Assembly (NCBI RefSeq): GCF_016432865.1
Contig: NC_067399.1
Span: forward strand, 679,334,001-679,398,000
Direction: 5' to 3'
Origin: Antechinus flavipes
Lineage: Eukaryota
DNA: 64,000 nt
The position numbers and the translations under genes are program-made. The notes beneath the pieces were generated by a model. It was not told the DNA's origin. It worked only from the letters and a program-made list of their open reading frames with translations, and ran no database searches. Of this stretch, positions 25,086 to 38,430 are shown piece by piece. Numbering within the stretch: the stretch's first letter is position 1; each line of letters opens with the position of its first letter.

Positions 25086-28000
25086 TCAGAAAATATAAAA
25101 CAGCTCATGTAACTTAAAAGCTTAGAGCAATTGGTTTGAGCTTTAACATCCCTAAATGCTTTCTGAAATTTCAAAATGTGATCATTTGTGATAAAACATT
25201 TTTAAAGGACTTTAGCCCTTTGTGGGAAATCAAAAGACATTGGACAACTAATAGAAAATCTCTCACGTGAGGTCAAATAGGGTGAAATTCCAGTATTCTA
25301 ACCTCCTCCCCCCACATACACACCATCCCCACCATCACCGTTCTAGCTAACGTTAATCTACGTGGGCAGGATATTTTCATGGAAGGGCACGAGGCAAGAC
25401 CCTACCCATGAGCTGAATTCATCATGATCTCTGCTAAAAAAAAAAAACAAAAACAAAAACAAAACTCAAATAAAGAGCAAATATATGGGTTTTAATTGTG
25501 ACACTGATTGGGGTGGGGGAGGGAACCAAAAGCCACAGGAACCCGACGCCATCTTGGAGAGACTCTGTCAGAGGGTGTAAGAAGAAATGCTAAAGTTTGG
25601 GGATCTGGCCTTTCTTGCTTTTCCTTGAATCTATTTCAGTTTCAATCTATTTCACCCAATGCATTCTCAAGAGCCTTCGGATGGGAAGGGATCTGAACCT
25701 GAAATCCGAATTTCTATGCACCCCTTTCACTTGGGGTCCCTTCCTGATCGGAGTATTATTTATTTCATGAGGCTGGGGCAAGATGAGATGTCGCAGGAGA
25801 AGGCCAGAGCCCTGCTCCTTTCACATCAGATACTTTCCATCAACAGAAACATCCTTTTAAACAAAGCGGGATGCGCTCCAGCTTCAGCGGACCACCAGGA
25901 AGCAGGTACTGCCTTGGCAAAGATCAGATGAAGTGATGGCAGCACAGCCCTGCCTTTGGAGCAGCCATTTGCAAGTCATCATTCAAAGAAGCTTTTATCA
26001 CTTACTTCTGCTAAGTCACATTTACTAATGGAATGGAAGTCAAGCCGGATTCTTCCCCACCTTGGGCAGGAGACTGAGACAGACATGGGAAGGTCATGGG
26101 CGGGGGCTGAGACACAAGAGATAGAGTCCTGGGGCAACATTGGATAAGTACAGTCCTTCATCTTTCCACATTTCAATTTTCTCATCTGCAAAGCAGAGGA
26201 TTTGAGCTGGATCACCTTGAGTTCTCCTTCTAGCAAGAATTTCCCCTTGCCAACTGAATCATACATCACAGCCCTCTGGGTCTCTTTGGGTTCCTGGGCA
26301 ACCCTTCTCAGGGAAGATGCTACAACTTGCCATCGTGCTGACCTGGGTACCTCCCATCCTTCCCACTGAGCTCTGCTTCCCTGAATCTTGTCATATTATC
26401 CTCTGGACCCCCAGAGGGTCTCTCTTCTCAATCTGTCAATGAGCATTTTTAAGCACCTACTGCACGCCAGATATTGCACAGGACATAAGGCATACAGAGG
26501 CCAAAATGAAGTAGCCTTTGCCTCCCTTCAAAGCAAGTAAGAGAAAGAGGGAGATATATTGTCCCCCAATTTCCCCGTGTTGAATGAGCTTGCCATATGT
26601 GCAGAGTGCTGAAGAAAGGAAGGGGGGTTCTTTTTAGTGCTTGAAATGATGGGTAATGGAGAGCCTGCTCTCTGGGAAGTCAGAGAAGGTGGGCTTCCCA
26701 GCCAATGGGCTCCTGCCTGGTGCCTGGACCGCCCTGGCTCTCCCTCAGTTTCTTTCCCCTTCTCATCAATTCAAAGAGGCTCTGAGCAGTAGCCAGTCCC
26801 AGGCCCTTGGGTCCCAGGCCAGCTTCTGCCAGAGTTCCCTGCTCAGGGTGAGCTGGGGAGAAGCTTGAAGAAATGGATAGCAGTCTGGAGATCTCGGAGG
26901 AAGTAGGAAGCTGTTAATGGGATAAAGGGGGAGGTGAGTGATTGTTTGTTTGATTCGCCTCAAACCACCCCTAACCCTAAGCCTTCTTCCTTAATCATCC
27001 CTTTATTGAGGCACTGGGATGATTCTCTGCTCTTTAAAATTCCCCTGGTTGCTGATGATCCATCAGGAACTTACAAAAGGAATCTTATTTTACAATCTTG
27101 CTCAAATTATGAGCCACTTATTAATGAAGAAATAAGCATACCAGGGAAATATCAATACCACCCCCAGAATAGATGCTGAATCAATTGGGCTTTGATTATG
27201 GCACCAGTGAAATAGTATTTCCAGTCAGTGCCGCATAACAGCCAGCACTAAAATGTTTTCCAAACACAGACATTGTCACAGTGGCTCCATTATTGTTCAT
27301 GTGAAACAAACAGAGTGGTCCTTTGGGGGAGCAGTCCCATGGGGACGCATGGGTAGCACGGGGCTTGCTTCTAGATGCTGTGTGCAGCAAGGATCTTGAT
27401 GAGGAGCAGAGGGTCTGGAGGAGAGTGACGATGGGAGAATTAATTTTACTGAATGGGACATTGCTCTGTGACTTTAGCTGAATTCCCAGTCATTTCCTGC
27501 TTAACAGATCTGGTGATACCCGTGCCCTCTGGCTTGGGATTTTGTCTCTTGGATTTCTTGATCACCCACAAATATGCCCAGTGCTGTGGTTGGCACTTGG
27601 GCATACAGATAAAAGGAAAAAGGGTCCGTCCTTAGAGGAAGCAAAAACTTCAATTGGTTGATACAGAATAGATGGAAGAGGATTTTCTTGGATGATGGGC
27701 AGTACTAGCCACTGGTGGATCAGAAAATGTCCCTGGACAAGGTGACCCTTAATTTGAGTAGCTGCCAGAAGTATCTGCCATTTTATTCATGTTATATATG
27801 ATCTTAATTTCTTTATGCAGGGGCAACTGGGAGCCAGTGTTGATAGAATGCTAGATCTGCAAGGACCAGAATTCCAATATGGGAATCTGAGCAGATGACA
27901 TCACTTTTATCTACCTCAGTTTTCCCATCTACAAAATAAGGGTCATCCAAACACCTGCCCTCCCGGGTTTGCAGGGAGGACCAGGCGAGATGCTGCCTGA

Positions 28001-28959
28001 AAAGTCCTTTGCAAATCTAAAAGTACTTTGTGAATATTATTATTCATGTTGTTTTCAGCAGGAGGCAAGATGAGAACATTGAGGGGTAAGGACTGTTTTT
28101 ATTTTTGTCTTTAACCTCCCAAAAAATGACATAATTACACCTGCTCACATAGAGTAGGTACCTAATAGCGGTTGGCTGGATGTCTGAATGAGTTAGTTGG
28201 GGGAAGAGATGTTTTGACTCACCAGGAGGACACAAAGCAGTGATGTGACAGGTGCCTTTTAACCCTTGATCCATTGTCATGGGGGGAAGAGGATTAATTG
28301 GTGCTTCCTGTGCTCCAAGGGAAGAACTGGCAACAAAACCTAAAAGGGACAAAATGACAATTTTAGTTTCATGTCAGGAATGAGTGAACCAAGAGTGAGC
28401 GAGGAGCCTTTGCCCACGGAGAGCCCTGTCTCACTGAGCTCTTCCAGCCGAGACTATGTAGTGAGCTGCTGGTGGTCCTTCCTTCTCAGAGGTGACATTG
28501 GAAAGGAGACAGCATGACCTGTTGGATTGCAGTGAGAGAAGAGGGTACTTCAGAGCCACCTGGGTCACATGGCCAGATATAGGTCAGGATGATTGGAGAT
28601 GGCACTGGATGCAATGGAAGACCTTGGTCTTTTTTAAAATGAAAGTTAAAGTTAAAGCCCTTTTAAGTTAAGGGCTTTAACAGCTCTCAGTTTGACTAGG
28701 GAAACAACTATTCAGCGATTAAGGTTAAGTAAGAAATGAGGCAAAAGAAATTCAATCTGGATGGGAGACCCTCAAGGTGACCAAAATAGAGACGATTGTT
28801 AATTATACTCACTCTGAGCCTATCGGGACCTAAACAATGACTTGGGCTTATTGTTGGCCAGTCAATAAGAAATACCCAAAGGAGAAACAAATAATATTTT
28901 TAAAAGATGAAAAAGAAAAAAAAAAGGAAAAATCACTGTAGCTGATCAATACATTGAAA

Positions 28960-29140
28960 AAGTCTGAAATAAGAGTAATGGGCAGTGCACATCCCACATC
29001 TCCAAAAAAGTGGTACGGGAATGTCTTCTTGTATCGCACTTTGGAGTAAGCTTGTCCTTTGCAATTTTATAACATTCACATTTGATTTTTTGTTGTAATT
29101 CTTTCCATTTGGGACTATCTGCAGTTGTGTTGATCTGTAT
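28960..29140 (-). mobile_element. RTE (BovB-clade) fragment
   Basis: Antisense read RYKKTF resembles KRYKDTL; homologous to the 54570-55125 copy. Confidence 0.5.
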
Positions 29141-29230
29141 CATGTCAGTGGATCCAGATAGCTCTGGAGGGGAAAGTGAGGCAGGTGACCTTGCACAGCT
29201 CTTCCTCACTCAAATCCAATTCCCTTACAG
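29140..29230 (+). mobile_element. Marsupial CORE-SINE tail
   Basis: ggatccagatagctctggaggggaaagtgaggcaggtgaccttgcacagctcttcctcactcaaatccaattc. Confidence 0.8.
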
Positions 29231-30421
29231 GGAGCATCCGCTCCCTATTGTCAACCTCCTCTTTGAGACTGAAGAACAAATAACAATTTGTGAATAGTAG
29301 TAGCTACTCCACTGGGGATCCAACTGACCAGTTCTGGTTGGACAATGTAGCTCTCCCCCCTCCTCTTTTCTTCTTCTTTTCCTTCCTTTTTCCTTCCTCT
29401 CTCTCTGACCACATAGAAAATTATCCTTCCCTGCAGGGGCTCTTCCCAAAGGAATATACATTTTGATCACTAAAACTCCCAAGAAATCTTGGGGTTTATG
29501 GGCAAGATGCCTTTTTTAAAGACCATGCCTTAAACCCAACTCACACATTGAGTATGATATGGAGGGGATACTTTTCCAGGTATGTGTCAGATCTTACAGG
29601 TCACCTCTTCCACTCTGAAAATCTGTGATTTTGTATATTACATAAGGCTTCATTAAATAGATCCTTCTAATAACCTCTGGAAAAATATTGGATCCTGCGA
29701 GGACCTGTGTGAAATTCTCTATTTCCTGAACAGATATTCAAATTTAAGTAGAAATGTGGGAAAATGAAAACAACAATAACAACCTTGAAATCACCTAAAA
29801 TGGACTTTCTAGTTCTAAAATGGAAGCAGTTGGCGACTACATTAGAGTCGGGCCCATTTGTTGGTGGGCAGGAAGGCAGCTACACGACTGTCACCATAAT
29901 ACATGAAGGGGCAGCTTCTCTCCCTTTCGGTGTCTACCCCCATGCAGCTTATAAAAGCAGAATGAGCTCTGTTTCTGGGCTGCTCTTTTTATTCTTCAAG
30001 ACCTGATGAGTGAATGCCATGAAAAGTTCCTGGATTTCTTGAGGCACGGCGTGCATCAAATGGAGGAAAGTGAACTAGCTATAGGGTGTATCTTTCTCTG
30101 AGTAACTTTTGAGTCTTCCCCTGTTCTCTAGGCTCCAATACCAGGATCCTGTTAGTCAGAGGTTTGAGAAAGCAAAGGATCATCTATGTGGTACTCCCAG
30201 TACCAGCAGAGTAACAAGGTAAAAGGGCACCTCGTGGGAGAAATGCTTCCAGAGACCAGGGCATTGCCTGTTTCTGACTCAGTCATTCAAGAAAAGTGAA
30301 TCAAAGAGCAAAACTATTTTGTGACATAATTGAAAGGTGAGACTGAATAACCATTGGGGGTCTGTGTGAATTCACCTATGGGAATATGGAATATTTTGGT
30401 CATAAATTTAAAACTATCTCT

Positions 30422-30423
<2 letters not shown>

Positions 30424-30471
<48 letters not shown>

Positions 30472-30700
30472 TAGCATTTATAGAGCATCTACTCTGTACT
30501 ATGCTAAGTGCTTTACAAAATTACCTCATTTGATCCTCAAAACAACACTGGGAGGTTAGGTACTATTATCATCTCCCTTTGTAGAGTTGATGAAGCTGAG
30601 GCAAACAGAAATGACTTCCCCAAGATGACATAGCTTACAAGTATATGAGGCTGCATTTGAACTCAGGTCTTCCCTGTCCATTGTACCACCTACTGCCTAC
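30424..30700 (-). mobile_element. MIR SINE with expanded (AAT)n tail (30424-30470)
   Basis: (AAT)n then ctagcatttatagagc..tgctaagtgctttacaa..tttgaactcaggtcttcc. Confidence 0.9.
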
Positions 30701-30859
30701 AACACATCTAATTCAAAGCTGCTGCAGGTAATCCCTGCTTCCTGTAGATTTTGTTTCCTCACTTCCCAACCCAGCACATACACAGACACTCACTTGTCAC
30801 TGAATTATGGCAGAAGCTTCATTCCACTTGTGGCATAGTTGAAAATAGTTGGGACTTGA

Positions 30860-31180
30860 AGAAAGGAACTGAGTGTGGATCACAACACAGCATCTTTACT
30901 TTTTTTGTTGTGGTTTCCTTGCATTTTGTTCTCTTTCTCATTCTTTTTTTCCTTTTTGATCTGATTTTTCTTGTGCAGCAAGAAAATTGTAGAAATATGT
31001 ATACTTATTTTAGATTTACATATATTTTTACCATGTTTGACATATATTGGATTACTTGCCATCTAGGGGATGGGACGGGAGTAAGGGGGGGAACTGGAAC
31101 ACAAAGTTTCACAAGGGTCAATGGTGAGAAATTATCTTTGCATATGTTTTGAAAATAAAAAGGTTCAATTAAAAAAAAAA
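30860..31180 (+). mobile_element. L1 3' UTR
   Basis: actgagtgtggatcacaacacagc..gatctgatttttcttgtgcagcaag..ggattacttgccatctagggga..poly(A). Confidence 0.9.
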
Positions 31181-33329
31181 AGAAGGAAGAAGGGAAAAAA
31201 AAGAAAATGGTTGGGACTGAGAGTCAATTTCCTTGAAGGAGGCAGTCTTTGGCCAAGAAATCCCCAGAATCTGGATTCATGTGGGTCAGATCTGTTCTTA
31301 GGGGTTAAGCCCTAAAGGGTCACATTATCTTTGTCTCATTGATTCCACTAAGAGTTTGCTATGGTTAAATATCCTGATATGCAGAATTATGAAGTTGAAA
31401 CTTTAATAGCATTTTTAACTACACTAAGATTTTGTGGGAGACTCTGTATTTGTGTTTAAACTTAGACAAACACATGTTATGGGCCCCTAGCTCCCATTCA
31501 GGCATTTAAAATGCATATGGGTAGAGGGCAGCCTTTATTACAGCTCAAAGAAAATTCAACTTATACAAGAAACTCATAAGAGCCCAGAGATAGGGTCAGA
31601 AAACACATCAAATACTCCAAAATGACTGACAAATTTCTTTGGGACTGCACACAAAATTCCAATAAATCCAGAGATTTCCCAAAGAGACCTCTTTAGCATG
31701 TGACTATTCCCCAGGGGAGAATCAGCATGCTTCCTGCTATTTGTCTCATCCAGGAAAACAAAGACGCTTTGGGGCTGTTGGATGGGCAGAGCCCCACATC
31801 CCCTGGCTTTACTTGTTCTGGTGATTACTGAAACATCCAGGGCTGCACTGTCCTGGTCTCCAGATGTACTTTCTCCCATGAGGTATCCTTCTACCTTGTT
31901 ACTCTGCCCGTGCTGGAGGTACTCCATGGACAATCCTTTTCTTTGTCTGATCGATATTCTTTTCCTTAGGGGTAAAGCCTCTGAGTTCCTTAACTTGCTA
32001 TTACCTTTATGGCAATGCTCCAGGCTCAAGCTGATCAGGAAATCTTTCTTCTCTAGACAAAGGGTTACTCTCTGGATCACCCTGCTTAAGAAGTAGAAAT
32101 GTGTCTCTTTTCTTTGTAGGAAATTGGGGTTCTATTATACTGATGATGAGCTCCCTTTCTGGGTTAAATGGAAGTCCAAATATTCACCAAATCAGAAAAG
32201 GTAAAAGAGAGGAGTTATGGAGGACCTTAAATGCCCAAGTAAGAAATTTGCATTTTATTTTAGAATAGAAAAGCCATGATGAGTGTGTGTATGTGTGCTG
32301 TCCCAAGACCTGCCAACTTTAGAGATTAAATTTTTTTTGATAAAGTTCTTGTCCATAGTGATTTTGAAAGAATGGAGTTTCATATCCATAGCAAAACAAT
32401 TGCCTAATCTTAAATTTATGAAGTAATGATTGATTATATACAAATTGCTTGAAAATTTACCATTCACCAATGGGATATTTTTCATAAATCATAACATGCA
32501 ATTCACCATCAGCCAAGCCTGTTGCTTAAGCCCTCTGATTGAGTAAAAGTTCACTAGGTCAAGCCGGGTCCCTCCTTTTCCTCTTCATCAGGGATCTTGC
32601 TCTTGTTTTTGGACACCACTCCAAGTGACATGTTGGAAGCTCACATTCATCTTCCTTCCATATATCTCAGCTGCCCAAAGCAGGCATTGTCTCATTTCCT
32701 ATTAGTAACAGGATATTTCCAATGTATTAACAAGGTTCGCCTTTGTTGTCTGCCATTGTACTAGCCCTAGAGGGGCTCTTTCCCATTTCCATCTCAAGTG
32801 ACTTCTTATTCACATTAGATTAAATTAATGTACACATTATCCCAATGAACATTTTATATTTCTTCAATTAAAATTCCCTACTCAAATTTATTGCTTTAAT
32901 TGTGGAGAATATCAGGATGAAGACAACATGGCTGTTGAACACAGACATCTGGATTACTCCTTCCCTCTTAATGGTGACAAGGAGGTGGGTCATCCCCTTG
33001 TGCAAACTGGGTTGGGTCTAAATCCCAGACACAACCCTGAAAGCTCATCGGGGATCATCAAGCACAATGGATGCAAATAGACACAGCTCAGGAATTGAGT
33101 CAACTACCAACCATTCAGCCAAACATAATATGAAATCTTAAAAGCAGAGGTTCTGTGTGTATTTGTCCCCAAGAGGGAAAAATGCATCTATTGTAGAGTT
33201 GGAAGAGAGCTAGGAGATGAGCTGTAATCCTCCCATCTTGCAGATGAGGCAAGTGAGACCCATTTGTTCAAATCCATAGAACCAGTTAGTCAAAAATCCC
33301 AGATCGAAACTCCATCAATCATTCGATGA

Positions 33330-33915
33330 GGAAGTATCCATCAAGTCTCAACATTCCAAATACTGTACTAGGCAGTGGATACAACAAGAAAGAATGGAAC
33401 AACCAGTTCTTTCAAAGAGATGGCATTATTTTGGGAAAATTAACGTAGACATACAGAGCCAATATGAGAATATTAAATACAAAATGGGGTTCCAGGAAAG
33501 AAGTTGGGGGACCATCAAAACAAGTCTTCTGATGGTCCTTCAATGATAACTTGGAGTTAGAAAAGGATTCTGGGAGATAGAGGGGAGGAAGGAAGACATC
33601 ACAGGTCTGAACTAGAGCCAAAATATCACATGGGTAAAAAAAAGAAAAAAATGACAATTTGTTTGGATCGTGGAGTATAGAAAACAGGCAGAGAACAAGC
33701 ATTTATTAAACAACTACTATATGCCAGCTATTGTGCCATATCTTTACAACTTATCTCATTTGATCCTTACAATGCACTCTGGGAGGTAGATGCTATTATT
33801 TCACCGATGCAGACAAAAGTGAAGTATGATTAACCCAAGTCACCCAGACAATAAATGTCTGAGGCAGAATTTGAACGCAGATATTCCTGTCTCTAGGCTT
33901 TGGGTCTATCCACTG
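33330..33915 (-). mobile_element. L2 fragment followed by a MIR
   Basis: tactgtactaggcagtggatacaac..; aagcatttattaaacaactactatatgccag..atctcatttgatcct..gaggcagaatttgaac. Confidence 0.65.
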
Positions 33916-35699
33916 AGCTTTTTAGCTGAAAGGGGGATGTACAATGAAGCTGGAATGATAAGTTTGTGGTTTTTAAAGACCCAAGCAATCTCTTACTGAA
34001 TTCTGGAGGCAATGGGGAAAACTTGACTCTCAGTCCAATATTCTGTCCTTCAAAGCCCACTAGAGAAACTTCATCAGCCAAGAATAAGAAGAGGCAATGA
34101 GAATTCCAAAAGATCTCTTCTCTTTGCTCATCTCCCCTCCCCCAGCCATCCCTTCTTTCTCATCTCTGCTTGTCATCAGGCAACATCCCTCTCCAAACAG
34201 TCCCAAATCCATACTGACATAACACCTTCAGATGACATCCACTTTCAGCTCTCTTGGATACATTATTTAAATCTTTCCCTCACATCTTTTTACATTTTCC
34301 AATAGAATATTAAAAACTTTATAAAGTGTGAAATTCTCCTCTCGCCCCACATATGCAAAATAGCGAATAAACATATATAACCCAACACAATCGAGTTTCA
34401 TTTCAAAATGTGAAATTTGTCCTGCAGAAAAGCATGCAACTGACAGCCCAAGACGAGGAAGCCCTTTATCTGGATTAAGAACTTCAAAAAGTTTGTGCTT
34501 TTAACCATCATTCCTCGTCCTTTCTTTTGATAGGGCCAGCTATGGAAATGGGAGGTGGGGGGGCTTCTTTCATGGCTCTCCTACCCAAACATTTGACAAG
34601 CGTTCATCTAAGGAAAATCAAAATATTCTTTTGGGAAACTAGACTCTCTTAAAGCCTATGTGATGGTTTGGGAGTGTGGCAACAACCTCCATTCAAGCAA
34701 GAACCTAAAAATGAAGATATGGAAGAATAAGGTCCTTGGGGTTGAGGGAGAAAGAGGCAGAGACATGGGAGCTATTTCCTAAGCTCCTATGTTTTGGTAG
34801 ATGAAAACCTCACTCACAATTAGCCTTCCACTTCCTGTGAAATGGGTTTTAGGATGGCATGAGAGGTAGGAATGTGGAAATACTGAAGAACATGATACTT
34901 TGGGATATTCAGTCCATTCAGGAGGCTCTTTATATTCTTGCATCAAAATTGAAAAATGACTCTGTTAGTGAGAATACACTCCAGATTGTAGCACCTGATC
35001 ATGACTTAAGTGGGTAATTCTGGGCATTTTTCTATTTGTGAAAGTGGGAGACTAGAAAATCCATGAGTTGCTACTGCTTCACTGAAACTCAATTTAGCCC
35101 ATGATGCAGCTGAAGATTGTAATCTAGTGACTTTCTCATTAATATAGTAATTTGTAGTATATTTTTCCTTGGGATTTAAAGTCAGCCGCCATTTTAGAAA
35201 TAGGATATGGGACATCCCTACTTGAATTAGCCCTTTCCTTCCCTTGCCATTCATTAATAAATGTTTTTTTTTTTTTTTTTGGCTTTGCACAATTACACAT
35301 TCTGATTGGTTTAACTCAAACAACATGATCTTGAACAAATACTTTATTAGACATGTCTCAAACCTGCCATCACTTTCAGGGAATCTGGGATTGAAGGAGA
35401 ACTAAATTGTATAGTTCATCACTGATCAAGGAAGTCAGTTAAATTCGAGACTTTGGCTTGTCTAAGCCACACCCACCCCTCCTAAATAAATACAAAAATG
35501 AATAAATAAATAAAATCCAAGTATGACCAGATCAGATAATATTGTGAAGCATGTTAAGCACTATAGATGTTTTAGCTTTTATTTTTATTATTAGTTTTTT
35601 ATTATTATATATCAATGACATTCAAATTTCTAACCCATCTCCTGACACAGACCTACTTCTGCCCCTTCTTTTATTAATAATAGATACTATTAGTATTGT

Positions 35700-36130
35700 A
35701 TTTGATATGACTTTCAAGGCTCTTTGTGATTTGTTCCCTTCCTGTATACCTAAGCTTCTTACAACTTATTTGTCTCTGTTTCCTGGCTTTCTCATTGTTC
35801 TTGGGAGAGGAAGGGGGGATACAGAAGAGAAATAAACATTGATTAAGGACTGAGTGTGTGTCTCATTTTTTCCTCACCACAATCCTAGAAGGAAGGCACT
35901 ATTATTTTCCTCATGTACAGACATGGAAACTAAGTCAAATACAAGTTGTGCTTCCTCAAAATTCCTCACAATGCTCCATATCCACACTCTGTACTTCCCT
36001 GGCCATCCCCCATTGCAGGAACTCTCTTTGCTCATGCCCCATGGATTCCTTGGGCTTCCTTTAAGTACCATCTCCTCCAAGCACTTCTTCATCCCTTCTG
36101 ACCTCTTGCCTTCCCTGTCTTTGTGTTGTC
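35700..36130 (+). mobile_element. L2 fragment interrupted by an antisense MIR piece (left arm of an inverted duplication)
   Basis: ttcaaggctctttgtgat..cttcttaca (L2); tctcatt..cacaatcctagaaggaaggcactattatt..ggaaact (MIR); ccctggccatcccccattgcagga..ggcttcctttaagtaccatctcc (L2). Confidence 0.65.
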
Positions 36131-36149
36131 TGTACAAAATTACTTGCAC

Positions 36150-36420
36150 ATTGGCGAATGAGACAGATGGCCGGCACAATGGGTAGGGAGTCAGAAAGAG
36201 AAGCTCAAATCCAGCCTCAGACACTTACTAGCAGGACCACCCTGAGCATCTCTAACTTCTGTCTGCCTCAGTGCCTTCAGCTGTAAAGTTGGTATGCTAA
36301 CAGCATCTATTTCCCAGGGCTGTTCCGAGTCTCCAATGACGTGACACTTATAAAGCACTTAGAACAGAGCCTAGCTCAAAGAAAGTGCTATAAAAATGAC
36401 TGTTATTACGATAACTATTG
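36150..36420 (+). mobile_element. MIR SINE
   Basis: ggagtcagaaagagaagctcaaatccagcctcagacacttactagc..ctgcctcagt..aaagcacttagaacagagcct. Confidence 0.85.
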
Positions 36421-37126
36421 TTACTACCACTGCTGCTGTCCTCCCCCATCCCCCAGTCTGTCTGCTCCTTGAGTGTATGGATTGTCTTTTTGTTTTTGGT
36501 CAAATCCCTAAGTTTAACAGAGTACTTGACACATAGTAGGTGCTTAATGCATTTTAGTTGGAGTTATACAGGATTTAGAACACCTCTGGAGCCTTGATTT
36601 CTTCCCACTGGAGCCCTGATCAGAGGCTCCTACATTTAAAGAAGAGACATTTAGAGATGATCTCCTCCAACAAGCTCATCTTAAAGAAGAGAAAACTGAA
36701 GCCAAAAAGCATGATGTGACTTGTTCAGGGTCACACAGATGGTCAGTGGCAGAGCTGGGATTTTCCCACAATACCACATTGCCTCACTTCCTTTATTAGG
36801 GCATTTCTCAGACTTGCCTAACCCAGAGGACCGTTGTCCTATTCCTAAGGCCTACAGCATGTGCATGTAGTCCATGCAGCTTATCCATCCCCTCGTAATC
36901 ATCCTCCAATTCTGTCCACAAATGGGCGTGTGACACAAACCTTGTTGGAGGCAACTGGGAGTTCCACCATCATAGAACAATGGACTCAGAATTGGAAGTT
37001 ACTTAGAGTTTCTCTAGTTGGATTTTTACTTCTCTACCAAATATAATATGCCGTGTTGGTCACACAGTACATCTTAAGCAAATCCTTCATGAATAAAGAA
37101 GAAGAAGGGAAGCAAAAATGGAGTGA

Positions 37127-37686
37127 NNNNNNNNNNNNNNNNNNNNNNNNNNNNNNNNNNNNNNNNNNNNNNNNNNNNNNNNNNNNNNNNNNNNNNNNNN
37201 NNNNNNNNNNNNNNNNNNNNNNNNNNNNNNNNNNNNNNNNNNNNNNNNNNNNNNNNNNNNNNNNNNNNNNNNNNNNNNNNNNNNNNNNNNNNNNNNNNNN
37301 NNNNNNNNNNNNNNNNNNNNNNNNNNNNNNNNNNNNNNNNNNNNNNNNNNNNNNNNNNNNNNNNNNNNNNNNNNNNNNNNNNNNNNNNNNNNNNNNNNNN
37401 NNNNNNNNNNNNNNNNNNNNNNNNNNNNNNNNNNNNNNNNNNNNNNNNNNNNNNNNNNNNNNNNNNNNNNNNNNNNNNNNNNNNNNNNNNNNNNNNNNNN
37501 NNNNNNNNNNNNNNNNNNNNNNNNNNNNNNNNNNNNNNNNNNNNNNNNNNNNNNNNNNNNNNNNNNNNNNNNNNNNNNNNNNNNNNNNNNNNNNNNNNNN
37601 NNNNNNNNNNNNNNNNNNNNNNNNNNNNNNNNNNNNNNNNNNNNNNNNNNNNNNNNNNNNNNNNNNNNNNNNNNNNNNNNNNNNNN
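37127..37686. other. Largest assembly gap (one of 13 N-runs in the window)
   Basis: N-run; most other gaps sit inside low-complexity tracts. Confidence 0.99.
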
Positions 37687-38179
37687 GCCACTTCTCCGTT
37701 GGGTCTGCTATAGGACCTAGCAGAATGCTTTGGCGGAATAAGAAAGTCTCAATAAATTATGGTTGATTGATCGTTCTCTCAAAAAGTCTCTAGTCTCCAT
37801 TCCTAGACTAGACCAGACTAGCAGGAGATGAAAAGAGGTGGCCTGAGGTGAGAACTACAAGAACCGCTAAGAAAGAGATGACAAACGTCCGCGGGAATCC
37901 AGGCGGTGGCGGGGAGAGAGCCTTCCTGCAATGGGGGTGGCCAGGGAAGTAGAGCCTGGCCATGGGTCCTCGGGAGGAATTTTGAGGAAGCACAACCTGT
38001 TTCACTGGTTTCCTCAGCTGCAAATGAAGGTGAAGATGGCACCGTCTCCTCGGATTGTAGGAGGGAAATGAGAGGCCGCCGGCACTGACAGCCCGCACTA
38101 GGTCTAGCAAAGAGCAGCCGGGGGATGGGAAGGAGGTGGCAGGTGGCCCACATGTATATGCACGTGCACAGAGGCAGGG

Positions 38180-38430
38180 ATAAGGGATACTGCAAGGAGT
38201 AGGAAGATGGACTTTGAATCAGGAAAACCGGAGTTCACATCCTGCTTCAGACACTTACTGGGGGCGAACAGAAGCACGCCATGCCCCCTCTGCTGGCCTC
38301 GGTTTCCTTTTCTGTGAAACGGAGATAATTTCACCAGCCTTTCATCCTTGTGAGGACCCAATGAGGTAATAGCGTGAAGCCTTACCGCAGGCCCTCGCAC
38401 TATGAACCTTAGCCCTTGTTATCATTAACG
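38180..38430 (+). mobile_element. MIR SINE (CpG-enriched)
   Basis: ggactttgaatcaggaaaaccggagttcacatcctgcttcagacacttact..cctcggtttccttttctgtgaaacgg. Confidence 0.75.

Larger units (their letters stand above)
30174..31939. repeat. Inverted repeat pair: 30174-30267 (+) and 31845-31939 (-)
   Basis: 56/70 identity without gaps, with exact 16-mer GCAGAGTAACAAGGTA (30206-30221 vs 31892-31907 reverse). Confidence 0.85.
35861..38073. repeat. Inverted duplication: 35861-36049 (+) and 37894-38073 (-)
   Basis: Exact 23-mer GTTGTGCTTCCTCAAAATTCCTC (35945-35967 vs 37974-37996 reverse), a 27/28 block ACTTCCCTGGCCA(T)CCCCCATTGCAGGA, and a shared MIR/L2 junction. Confidence 0.85.

Noticed and set aside
28946-29209. 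87-aa minus-strand ORF behind a strong splice acceptor
   Set aside because: The acceptor lies in an antisense CORE-SINE tail and the ORF overlaps an RTE remnant
31574-32080. 168-aa minus-strand ORF
   Set aside because: No recognisable homology or motif, and an overlapping + ORF is equally uninformative; treated as chance
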